From IMG/VR virus record IMGVR_UViG_3300033142_000289, positions 1-56,148 of that record: a stretch of 56,148 nt of DNA, one strand, 5' to 3'. Numbering within the stretch: position 1 is the first letter of the stretch; each line of letters starts with the position of its first letter. This DNA is from a virus. Lineage: Duplodnaviria > Caudoviricetes. Below, one piece after another: positions 7,632 through 16,030 of this stretch. The notes under the pieces are model-generated. The model was given only the letters and a program-made list of their open reading frames with translations. It was not told the origin of the DNA and made no database searches. Position numbers and translations under genes: made by a program.

Positions 7632-7868
7632 ATGAATTACGATGATTGGAAATTACAGGCACCAGAATACAGTGAGTATGTAAGTACTTGTTGTGGTGCT
7701 GACTATGTTAACTCTATAGATTATGAGAATGACATAGAAACTGAAGAGCCTTACGTTTGTAATAGTTGTCAAGACTTTTGTGAAATAGAGGAAGATTGGG
7801 AATATGAAGAACGCAGAAGGGAATCCTACTTAGAGGATTTAGCTGACGAAAAAAGACAAGGACTATGA
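7632..7868 (+). CDS. acidic protein with possible Zn-ribbon (STCCGA...CNSCQDFC)
   Basis: Cys clusters; ATGA overlap with the next gene. Confidence 0.7.
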   Translation: MNYDDWKLQAPEYSEYVSTCCGADYVNSIDYENDIETEEPYVCNSCQDFCEIEEDWEYEERRRESYLEDLADEKRQGL

Positions 7869-8419
7869 AAGTTAAATTATTAAATATATTATTAGGTTCA
7901 AACTTAATCTTTGGATTGAGTTTAATCTTTGGATACCAAGACCATACACCTGTTCAAAAACAAAAAGAGATTATTCAAAATGTAATTGATAGCCTAGAAA
8001 CTATACCACCTCAACCTCAGTTCAGAGAGTTGAATTGGGATGATTTTATTGAGAGTATGATATGGGTTGAGAGCAGAGGTAATGACTCAATAATTGGAGA
8101 CAATGGAAAGGCAGTTGGTTGTCTTCAAATCCATCCAATTATGGTTAGAGAAGTTAATAGAGTTCTAAGAAAAAATAAAGCAAACAAAAAATACAAACTA
8201 CAAGATAGATATAGTAGAGAAAAATCTATTGAGATGTTTGAGATTATGGCAGAACAAACAGAGTGTTGTGATGACTTAAGTTTCTTTGAATTCTGTGAGG
8301 TAGTAGCAAGAAAATGGAACGGTGGGGGAAGAGGTCATAAAAAGAAATCAACCCTGAATTATTGGAAGAGAGTAGAAAATAAGTTGTGCAGTATAGATTT
8401 GGAATTGTCAAATATTTAG
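7865..8419 (+). CDS. lysozyme-fold / transglycosylase-like protein with N-terminal membrane anchor
   Basis: WVESRGN (candidate catalytic Glu), AVGCLQI, ARKWNGG; hydrophobic N-terminus. Confidence 0.7.
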   Translation: MKVKLLNILLGSNLIFGLSLIFGYQDHTPVQKQKEIIQNVIDSLETIPPQPQFRELNWDDFIESMIWVESRGNDSIIGDNGKAVGCLQIHPIMVREVNRVLRKNKANKKYKLQDRYSREKSIEMFEIMAEQTECCDDLSFFEFCEVVARKWNGGGRGHKKKSTLNYWKRVENKLCSIDLELSNI

Positions 8420-8429
8420 ACTATATTTG
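8398..8429 (+). promoter_or_regulatory. Bacteroidota promoter TTTG-20 nt-TATATTTG
   Basis: Exact -33/-7 consensus and spacing. Confidence 0.8.
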
Positions 8430-8490
8430 TACTGAACTTAGATGCTAGGATGTTTTAGTTTATATTATTAATAGGGTTGACCTAGCAACC

Positions 8491-8533
8491 CCACCAAGCT
8501 GACCTTGAAATAGTGGTCGGCTTTTGGTGGTAG
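8491..8533 (+). ncRNA. conserved leader hairpin, copy 3
   Basis: CCACCAA-GCTGACC-TTGAAATAGT-GGTCGGC-TT-TTGGTGG-TAG; the inner stem differs in sequence but pairing is kept. Confidence 0.6.
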
Positions 8534-8566
8534 AAGGCAATAGTGCCACAATCAAAATCAAATCAA

Positions 8567-8866
8567 ATGAGAAAAATATCTTATGACTCAGCACAAAAAT
8601 TTATGAATGCTGAACCGTTTAAAAGAGACAACACAGAAGTTGTTGTACTTCCAAATGTAACTGTATTAAAACTATTCGGTAACGAAATTGCATACAGATA
8701 CAATGACCCTGAAAGAACACTATCAATCACAAATTGCGGTTGGAAATCCAACACTACTAAAGATAGGCTGAATGCTATTGAAGGTGTTAGTATAAATCAA
8801 TCCAAAAAAGTTTGGTACCTAAACGGTGAAGCTTGGGATGGTAGCTTAATAGATATTAATAATTAA
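8567..8866 (+). CDS. hypothetical early protein
   Basis: ATG 8567 after an AATCAAAATCAAATCAA leader is preferred to GTG 8543. Confidence 0.75.
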   Translation: MRKISYDSAQKFMNAEPFKRDNTEVVVLPNVTVLKLFGNEIAYRYNDPERTLSITNCGWKSNTTKDRLNAIEGVSINQSKKVWYLNGEAWDGSLIDINN

Positions 8867-8878
8867 AATAAAATCAAA

Positions 8879-9184
8879 ATGAAAGTAAAAATTCAACAAA
8901 GAAGTGTGTACCACAAATTCGCAGAAGTAGAAATAGAGATAGACGATGATGCCTACGACCATTGGAAACTTGACAATGGAAAGTATGCATCTATTCAGGA
9001 TTTTCTAATAGAGAATGAAGACTTATATACAGATAAAATAGATGAGGAAATGAGTAAAGCATCTTATGAGTTTGGTTTTGGAACTGACTCTGATGCCAAC
9101 TCTCACTACAATTCCTGTATGAACGAACCTGAATCTGAGTCTGAATGGAGATACCAATTAAATGATGAGGGTGGACACTTATAA
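8879..9184 (+). CDS. acidic hypothetical protein
   Basis: 101 aa ORF, A-rich leader. Confidence 0.75.
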   Translation: MKVKIQQRSVYHKFAEVEIEIDDDAYDHWKLDNGKYASIQDFLIENEDLYTDKIDEEMSKASYEFGFGTDSDANSHYNSCMNEPESESEWRYQLNDEGGHL

Positions 9185-9208
9185 TATTAATTAAATAAAT
9201 AAAATAAA

Positions 9209-9514
9209 ATGATACACATAACAGATGACCATTTTGTTTGGCTAGATGTAACCGAACAAATGAAACACGGACACAAGAAGAGAGAAGAAGTATGGCTTAG
9301 TCACGAACTTTTTGCAGTACACGAAGATGAATCTGATAGTATGCTTGAGTCACACGATGAGATAGATGAAGCATTAAAGTTAGGGATGAGAGTATGTATT
9401 GAAGGTGGATACCTACCACTAAAATACCGTCCTAAAAAAACTTGGAAGGATACAGACAAACAACTTATCAATGGATATTGGTATGTAAAAATGTCTGACA
9501 TAAAAATAGGATAA
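9209..9514 (+). CDS. hypothetical protein
   Basis: 101 aa ORF, A-rich leader. Confidence 0.75.
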   Translation: MIHITDDHFVWLDVTEQMKHGHKKREEVWLSHELFAVHEDESDSMLESHDEIDEALKLGMRVCIEGGYLPLKYRPKKTWKDTDKQLINGYWYVKMSDIKIG

Positions 9515-9557
9515 GTCTAATAAAATTATTATTTTAGTACAATTAAATTTAAATCAA

Positions 9558-9800
9558 ATGGCAAGACTAATTAAATCAAGCGGGGAAATAATCCCTAATG
9601 TAGATGTTTCAAATCTAAAAAGTATGCAAGACCTAGTTCAGGGGTATGTAGAGTTTGTTTATATGAAAGGTGACAAACTCCTTATATGCAATGAAGAAGG
9701 ACTCATACATAAACTTCCCTTTAACCAACAAGCTAGTAAAATCTATGGACGTCCTTTAGTGGGAGACGTTATCGAGTGTGGATTAGCTGAAATGAAATAA
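9558..9800 (+). CDS. DUF3846-like protein
   Basis: MQDLVQGYVE...ICNEEGLIHKLPFNQQAS...LVGDVI pattern. Confidence 0.65.
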   Translation: MARLIKSSGEIIPNVDVSNLKSMQDLVQGYVEFVYMKGDKLLICNEEGLIHKLPFNQQASKIYGRPLVGDVIECGLAEMK

Positions 9801-9804
9801 CGTA

Positions 9805-10179
9805 ATGAAAAATATGAGACACCTGATGCGAGAGCATCTTCTATCGTTGAAACTTGAAGAAGGAGTAGACAACAAAAGTAAAATTCAAAAGGTTCAACAG
9901 GCTATGGAGTCTGATACATACGGAGCAAAGGAGTTTCGTATGATGAGAAATAAGATGAGTTCAAAAAATTTTTTAAGTATGTATGCAAACCCACCGCAAA
10001 TTGAAGGTGGTTGTAAGTTTGTATATGTTTATCTTGGCTTTAACTTTATCCAAGAAATTCATATAGGTGAAAGCAAAGAGTTTATCTATATAAATTTTGA
10101 TGGAGAAAAGAAGCTATATAAAAAACTATCTACTGCTGAAAATTATATGTGTAAAGAAATATTTAATCCTGAATTATGA
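9805..10179 (+). CDS. hypothetical protein
   Basis: 124 aa ORF in operon. Confidence 0.7.
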   Translation: MKNMRHLMREHLLSLKLEEGVDNKSKIQKVQQAMESDTYGAKEFRMMRNKMSSKNFLSMYANPPQIEGGCKFVYVYLGFNFIQEIHIGESKEFIYINFDGEKKLYKKLSTAENYMCKEIFNPEL

Positions 10180-10457
10180 ATACACAAGATTTAATAAAAG
10201 AAGTAGGTAGGGAAGTGGTGATGTTACTTCTAGAAAAGAACAAAGCTTACGGTGATACCGCAAACAAACCACCTAAGATATTTTCTAAACTCTCAGCCAA
10301 AGAAGGAATCTTAGCTAGGATAGATGATAAATTAAGTAGAATAAAAACGGTGGGGTTAAACGACAAAACAGAAGATACACTATTAGACCTCATCGGATAT
10401 TTAATTCTTTACCGTGTTCAGTGTAAAAAAGATGAACAAAATTTGGAAAAGAAATAA
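10176..10457 (+). CDS. DUF1599-like nucleotide-modification-associated all-alpha protein
   Basis: KNKAYGD...RIDDKLSRI...EDTLLDLIGYLIL. Confidence 0.7.
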   Translation: MNTQDLIKEVGREVVMLLLEKNKAYGDTANKPPKIFSKLSAKEGILARIDDKLSRIKTVGLNDKTEDTLLDLIGYLILYRVQCKKDEQNLEKK

Positions 10458-10473
10458 ACATTTAGTATCTTCG
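10442..10473 (+). promoter_or_regulatory. promoter TTTG-20 nt-TATCTTCG for the recombination/replication operon
   Basis: One mismatch to the Bacteroidota consensus, correct spacing. Confidence 0.6.
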
Positions 10474-10499
10474 CAGTCAATCAATTTAAATTAAATCAT

Positions 10500-10709
10500 A
10501 TGTCAAAAATGAAGCAAGTGTTCCAAGAGGAACGAGAAAAAGAATCTCAAAATTTTGGAGATTACTTAGATGATACTTACCAACAGGCACAGTATTCAAA
10601 CGAACAAACAAAGCAAGTGTTAAACGATATCTTTGAAGCTTGGGGAGAAATCTTCGGTGCTAAAGATGTCACTAAAATCAAATCAAATGATGAAGACGAA
10701 AATTTTTAA
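10500..10709 (+). CDS. hypothetical protein
   Basis: 69 aa ORF, A-rich leader. Confidence 0.7.
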   Translation: MSKMKQVFQEEREKESQNFGDYLDDTYQQAQYSNEQTKQVLNDIFEAWGEIFGAKDVTKIKSNDEDENF

Positions 10710-10986
10710 TCAGTATGTAGATAAAGTTTGTTACTTATTTAATATAGATAAGGAAACTTTATTTACTAAAACAAAACGTAGAGATGTGGTAGATGCTAGG
10801 CATTTACTTTATTACCTATGTTCTAAAAGACCAATGCGTTTAGTTTATATACAAGAGTATATGGCTGACGGTGGGTACGATATAAACCATAGTTCAATCC
10901 ATCACGGTATTGCTCAGGTTAAAACTAAGCTAGAAAATGATAAGGATTATATAGAAACTATTAATAGTGTATTGAATGAAGTATAG
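10687..10986 (+). CDS. stand-alone DnaA domain IV (Bac_DnaA_C)-like HTH protein 1
   Basis: LFTKTKRRDVVDARHLLYYLC...GYDINHSSIHHGIAQV parallels DnaA R...PRQIAMYL...RDHTTVLHA. Confidence 0.65.
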   Translation: MMKTKIFNQYVDKVCYLFNIDKETLFTKTKRRDVVDARHLLYYLCSKRPMRLVYIQEYMADGGYDINHSSIHHGIAQVKTKLENDKDYIETINSVLNEV

Positions 10987-11398
10987 CCTAGAAGATATTT
11001 GGGTTCAAGCACTAGAAGATACTTATGCTATTTCTTTAGATGGTAAAGGATATCAATCTAGAATGGTGTATGGATTAAAGATTGTGAAGGATGATGAAAC
11101 AAATCAAATTGAACTCATCAACGCAACAAGAGGAGGGGATTATTATCGTGAAATAAATGCTGAGGAACTTGAAGTTTTTCTAGAAAAAGGATGGAGATAT
11201 GGAGTTTATGTCTTATCTTTGTCTAACTATCGTTTAAAGCTTGATATAATAGAGCAGAAAATCCATAAGGAAATGAACTCTAGAAAGAGTAAGAAGCAGA
11301 TAGATATTTTAAAAGGTTCTCGCAAAAGAGTGATGAACAAATACAGTGAAATCAATTATAAATTAAATCAATTAAAATTATGGCAACTAAATCAGTAG
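10976..11398 (+). CDS. hypothetical protein
   Basis: 140 aa ORF overlapping its neighbours. Confidence 0.7.
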   Translation: MKYSLEDIWVQALEDTYAISLDGKGYQSRMVYGLKIVKDDETNQIELINATRGGDYYREINAEELEVFLEKGWRYGVYVLSLSNYRLKLDIIEQKIHKEMNSRKSKKQIDILKGSRKRVMNKYSEINYKLNQLKLWQLNQ

Positions 11399-12045
11399 CA
11401 AAAAACAAGTCGGTCTTCGAGAGATTATCCGCAATTAATGTTAACTCTAAAGTAGAAAAGAAAAACGGATTAACGTATCTGTCTTGGGCATATGCTTGGA
11501 GCGAAGTAAAGAAACAATGTCCTGATGCAACATACCTTATTGGTGAAACAGATTATGACGAAGCCTTAGGGTTTATGTGTCACACTGCGGTAACTATTGA
11601 AGGTGAAACATTAGAGATGTGGTTACCCGTTATGGACGGCAAGAACCAAGCAATGAAAAAGCAACCCTACTCCTACCAAACTAGATATGGAGAAAAGCAG
11701 GTTGCACAAGCAACAATGTTTGATATCAACAAAACTATTATGAGATGTTTGGTAAAGAACTTAGCTATGTTTGGGATGGGAATCTATATCTATAGTGGTG
11801 ATGATTTACCTGAAGCAGATGTAGAAGAGGTTGTAACTAAACCTAAAGCAACTGCAAAAAAACCCGCAACAAAAACAGTTAGTAAAGAAACACTAGATAC
11901 TGACTCACCAAGATGGCAAGGTCTTATGAAGTTTGCTCAAGAGAATAAGCAGATAGGTTATAAGAAGCTTGTAGATAAGTTAGAACTAGCGGGGAACTGT
12001 AAGCTTAGTGCTAAAGCTAAGAACGAAATAAAAAATCTAGTATAA
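11380..12045 (+). CDS. Sak-type ssDNA-annealing protein (DUF1071-like)
   Basis: KKNGLTYLSWAYAW, MWLPVMD, INKTIMRCLVKNLAMFGMGIYIYSGDDLP. Confidence 0.85.
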   Translation: MATKSVAKNKSVFERLSAINVNSKVEKKNGLTYLSWAYAWSEVKKQCPDATYLIGETDYDEALGFMCHTAVTIEGETLEMWLPVMDGKNQAMKKQPYSYQTRYGEKQVAQATMFDINKTIMRCLVKNLAMFGMGIYIYSGDDLPEADVEEVVTKPKATAKKPATKTVSKETLDTDSPRWQGLMKFAQENKQIGYKKLVDKLELAGNCKLSAKAKNEIKNLV

Positions 12046-12767
12046 TGAAAGACATACTAGAAAAATTAAAAGACGATGAACAATACTATGGTTCATTCGG
12101 TAAACAGTACCTATCTAATTCAGATATTGGTACCTTGTTAAGCAATCCAAAAGAATTCAGACAACCTCAAGATGATAATGTAAACTATCATAAAGGCAGA
12201 TACTTCCATCAACTTATTTTAGAGCCTGAGAAAGCGAAGGAAACAAAGTTTGTAGATGTCTCTTCAAGAAACACCAAAGCATATAAAGAAACCGCAACGA
12301 ATGGAATAATTATGCTTGAGAAAGAAGGAGAAGAGATTAGAAGTTGTGTCGATGCTATGATGCAAAACTATTCTTTCTTTGAAGGTATAAGGTCTGAAGG
12401 TGTACAATATGAAGTACCTGCGGTAAAAGAATTCTTTGGATTACAATGGAAGGGGAAGGCAGATATAGTTTGTACAGACAAGCTAATTGATTTAAAAACG
12501 AGTGGAAATATAAAGGACTTTAAGTGGTCGGCTCGTAAATATAATTATGACAGTCAATGCTTTATTTATCAAGAACTTTTTGGTAAGCCTCTAGAATTCT
12601 ATGTGGTTGACAAGGGAACTAAGATGCTAGGAATTTTTAAACCAACGGCAGAATTCGTTGAGAGAGGAAGAGATAAAGTTATAAAAGCCGTTGAGGTTTA
12701 TAATACATTTTTTTCTGACCAAGCGGAGCAAGACATTAATGAATATTTTATACAAGATGTTCTTTAA
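12045..12767 (+). CDS. RecE/ExoVIII-like PD-(D/E)xK exonuclease (DUF3799-like)
   Basis: LSNSDI, GRYFHQLILEP, WKGKADIV..LIDLKTS, YNYDSQCFIYQ; coupled to the annealase. Confidence 0.82.
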   Translation: MKDILEKLKDDEQYYGSFGKQYLSNSDIGTLLSNPKEFRQPQDDNVNYHKGRYFHQLILEPEKAKETKFVDVSSRNTKAYKETATNGIIMLEKEGEEIRSCVDAMMQNYSFFEGIRSEGVQYEVPAVKEFFGLQWKGKADIVCTDKLIDLKTSGNIKDFKWSARKYNYDSQCFIYQELFGKPLEFYVVDKGTKMLGIFKPTAEFVERGRDKVIKAVEVYNTFFSDQAEQDINEYFIQDVL

Positions 12768-12891
12768 TTTTATTAAAAATAAACGGGTTAAGTGGTTCAA
12801 AGTTCCAATGGACTGCAAGACTCGTGAGGAGAAAGACGAACTTATCCTCACTATAATTAATAATTTGGAACAAACAATTAAAATCAATTAA
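12757..12891 (+). CDS. small hypothetical protein
   Basis: ATG 12757; fills the gap before the SSB-like gene. Confidence 0.5.
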   Translation: MFFNFIKNKRVKWFKVPMDCKTREEKDELILTIINNLEQTIKIN

Positions 12892-12893
12892 CA

Positions 12894-13163
12894 ATGGAGC
12901 AAAACGAAAAAATCTTTGCACAAGGTTTCTCATTCAAGAGAAACGAAAACGCACCTGACTTTGTTGTCGGTAGACAATCAATCAAGGTGGATGAAGCTAT
13001 TGCATTTTTGAAAAGCAATGCTAAAAACGGTTGGGTCAACCTAGATATTAAACGAGCAAAGGGAGGTAACTTCTACTGTGAGTTGGATACTTGGGAAGCA
13101 AAACCAAAACAACAACCTGTAGCACAAGCAGATACTTCTAGTGGTGAAGACTTACCATTCTAA
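12894..13163 (+). CDS. putative single-stranded DNA-binding protein
   Basis: Acidic C-terminal tail EDLPF; position after the annealase and exonuclease. Confidence 0.6.
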   Translation: MEQNEKIFAQGFSFKRNENAPDFVVGRQSIKVDEAIAFLKSNAKNGWVNLDIKRAKGGNFYCELDTWEAKPKQQPVAQADTSSGEDLPF

Positions 13164-13187
13164 GTATACATTGTGTTGGAAAGTAAG

Positions 13188-13214
13188 AGGGAGACTTATG
13201 TCTCCCTTTCTTTT
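13188..13214 (+). terminator. intrinsic terminator
   Basis: AGGGAGAC-TTAT-GTCTCCCT-TTCTTTT. Confidence 0.8.
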
Positions 13215-13221
13215 CCCTTTA

Positions 13222-13384
13222 ATGTCGAATGTCAATAAAAATAAACTTTATTAACATTATATTATTTCATTTAATTTTCTTTTCTTTACATAACACGAGA
13301 AGAAAATCGACATTATCGACATAGTACTGATAATCAATCAATTACAAAATCAAAATCAACATTAAATCGACACAAAACCGACAC
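13222..13384. repeat. origin-like iteron/IHF module, copy 2
   Basis: ATGTCGAATGTC (13222), AT-rich spacer, AAAATCGACATTATCGACAT (13303-13322), IHF consensus (13332-13344), C(A/G)ACA at 13357, 13368 and 13379. Directly upstream of the primase. Confidence 0.72.
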
Positions 13385-13388
13385 AGGA

Positions 13389-15806
13389 ATGACACAAAGA
13401 GTTACAATCTTCAAAAATATAAAGGAAACAGAGACACCTTTTCATCGTGAGGTGGGGGAAATCCTAGAGAGAATAAAGAATGGTGCAACAAAGAACTTAG
13501 TTAAAGATATTCGTGGTGCCAAAGACAAAACAGAACGCAATGAACTAAAGAAAAGACTTCCCGCTATATGTTTTAGTGGTGTATTCGTAAAGCGTAATGA
13601 CAGTGCAATAACAGAACATAGTGGATATATCTGTTTGGATTTTGATGGGTATCCAAAAAGAAAAGAGATGTTGTCCGATAAAGAAAAGTTTAGTAAGGAC
13701 AACTATGTGTTTTCTGTTTTTGTTTCACCATCAGGAAATGGACTTAAGGTGCTAATTAAAATACCACCTATAGCAGACAATCATATTAAATACTTTAATT
13801 CATTAGAAAAATATTTTGATTCACAGTACTTTGATAAGACTTGTAAGAACTTATCAAGAGTATGTTATGAATCATATGACCCACTATTACATTTAAATAT
13901 AAACTCACAAGTGTGGGACACTATATCCGAGCCGGAATACAGAGAGGTTACTGCCAACATTGACCAACCAACAATACCTATTACAGACGAGAATAAGGTT
14001 GTAGATATTCTAGTAAAATGGTGGACAAAAAAATACCCAATGAGTGAAGGTCAAAGAAATCAAAACGCATTTGTTTTGGCTATGGCTTTTAATGATTACG
14101 GTATTAATAAAACACTAGCGGGTTATGTTTTAAATCAATACGAAACCAAAAGCTTTCCACTGTCAGAGATAAATAGAACAATTGATTCTGCTTATTCAAA
14201 TACAATGAATCACGGAACAAAGTACTATGAAGACAGTGAGAAGTTAGAAATAATAAAAGGTAAACTCAAAAAAGGAACACCAAAAAAAGAAGTCCGTTCT
14301 CAACTAATTGACTCAGGTGTTGAGAATGATGTAGCAGATTCTATTATTTCAAGAATAGAAAAAGATAATTCAAAGCAAACATTTTGGGAAAAGAACGATA
14401 AGGGTACCATAAAAATGGTACACTATAGTTTTAAAAAGTTCCTAGAAGATAATGGGTTTTATAAATTTAATCCTGAGGGTGGTCGCAACTATGTCTTTGT
14501 GAAAGTAACAAACAATTTAATTGACCATACTACTGAAAAAGAAATTAAAGATTTTGTATTAAAGTATCTGATTGAACTTGATGACTTATCTATTTACAAT
14601 TACTTTGCTGATAACGTAAGATTCTTTAGAGATGAATTCTTAACCCTGCTTAATACTATTGACGTATACTTTATTGAGGACAGTAAAGATGCCGCATACT
14701 TATACTATAAAAACTGTGCAGTAAAAATTACAAAGGATTTAATTGAACCTATAGATTATTTAGATTTAGGTGGGTATGTATGGAAGGACCATATCATTGA
14801 TAGGAAGTTTCAGATTTGTGATGACAACTCTTGTGACTACAAAACCTTTATAAAAAATATTTGTGGAGGTGATAAAGAGAGGGTAAAAACTATGGAGTCT
14901 ACCATTGGTTTTATGATGCACGGATATAAAAATTTAAGCTACTGTCCTGCAGTAATACTTAATGACGAAATTATATCTGACAATCCTGAAGGTGGAACAG
15001 GTAAAGGTTTGTTTATGAATGCACTATCTCAAATGAAAAAGCTAGTGGTTATTGATGGTAAAGCTTTTGCTTTTGAAAAATCTTTTCCTTATCAATTAGT
15101 TTCTGCTGACACACAACTACTTTGTTTTGATGATGTAAAAAAACATTTTGATTTTGAAAGACTATTCAGTGTTGTAACCGAAGGCTTGACACTAGAAAAG
15201 AAAAACAAAGATGCAATAAAGATACCATTCAGCAAGTCTCCTAAAATATCAATAACAACTAACTATGCAATCAAGGGAACGGGAAATTCTTTTGCTCGTA
15301 GAAAGTGGGAAATAGAATTGCATCAACATTATAATAAAAACTTTACACCACTTGATGAATTTGGTAAGCACTTCTTTGCAGATTGGTCAGAGGATGAATG
15401 GTGTGGGTTCGATAATTATATGACAACATCTTTACAAGACTACCTAACAACAGGTCTTGTAAAAAGTAAGTTTGTTAATCTTAAAATACGTCAGCTATCT
15501 GCGGAAACTTCACACGATTTTATTGAGTGGTGTGGGTTAGTAGAGGGTAACCAAAAGAATAACAGTCTTAGTGTTGGGGTAAAATTAATAAAGCAAGATT
15601 TATATTTTGAGTTTATAGGTGAGTATCCTGACTATGGACCTAAAGCAAAGATGACAATATCTAGAACTAGGTTTTATAAATGGTTAGTTTCTTATGCAAT
15701 TTACAGTACAGGGATTCAGCCTGAAGAAGGTAGAGACCCACAAGGAAGGTGGATAAGATTAAGAAGGAAACACGAACTAGAAGAACAATCAACATTAGAT
15801 ATATGA
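13389..15806 (+). CDS. primase-helicase (BT4734/VirE-N-like primase domain, PriCT-like domain, SF3-type P-loop helicase)
   Basis: LPAICFSG, HSGYICLDFD, FVSPSGNGLK, DKTCKNLSRVCYESYDP; EGQRNQNAF; GGTGKGL Walker A, CFDD, ITTNY. Confidence 0.88.
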   Translation: MTQRVTIFKNIKETETPFHREVGEILERIKNGATKNLVKDIRGAKDKTERNELKKRLPAICFSGVFVKRNDSAITEHSGYICLDFDGYPKRKEMLSDKEKFSKDNYVFSVFVSPSGNGLKVLIKIPPIADNHIKYFNSLEKYFDSQYFDKTCKNLSRVCYESYDPLLHLNINSQVWDTISEPEYREVTANIDQPTIPITDENKVVDILVKWWTKKYPMSEGQRNQNAFVLAMAFNDYGINKTLAGYVLNQYETKSFPLSEINRTIDSAYSNTMNHGTKYYEDSEKLEIIKGKLKKGTPKKEVRSQLIDSGVENDVADSIISRIEKDNSKQTFWEKNDKGTIKMVHYSFKKFLEDNGFYKFNPEGGRNYVFVKVTNNLIDHTTEKEIKDFVLKYLIELDDLSIYNYFADNVRFFRDEFLTLLNTIDVYFIEDSKDAAYLYYKNCAVKITKDLIEPIDYLDLGGYVWKDHIIDRKFQICDDNSCDYKTFIKNICGGDKERVKTMESTIGFMMHGYKNLSYCPAVILNDEIISDNPEGGTGKGLFMNALSQMKKLVVIDGKAFAFEKSFPYQLVSADTQLLCFDDVKKHFDFERLFSVVTEGLTLEKKNKDAIKIPFSKSPKISITTNYAIKGTGNSFARRKWEIELHQHYNKNFTPLDEFGKHFFADWSEDEWCGFDNYMTTSLQDYLTTGLVKSKFVNLKIRQLSAETSHDFIEWCGLVEGNQKNNSLSVGVKLIKQDLYFEFIGEYPDYGPKAKMTISRTRFYKWLVSYAIYSTGIQPEEGRDPQGRWIRLRRKHELEEQSTLDI

Positions 15807-16030
15807 TAACAGACGAAGACCTTTGGGAAGCTTATAACAATTCTTATAGAGTTATTATACTTGGGTATGATGTTGAAGATATTATGAAACAAAACATAAT
15901 GTTTGCTATAAACCCGATGAAGCAATTCCCAACCGAAAGAGAGGTGATAAAGATGTTAGAATATTTTAAAGAACAAGGAGAAACAAAAAAATGTATAGCC
16001 ATAAAAACATACCTAGACACCCATCAGTAA
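15803..16030 (+). CDS. hypothetical protein
   Basis: ATGA overlap with the primase stop; TAATG coupling downstream. Confidence 0.65.
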   Translation: MITDEDLWEAYNNSYRVIILGYDVEDIMKQNIMFAINPMKQFPTEREVIKMLEYFKEQGETKKCIAIKTYLDTHQ

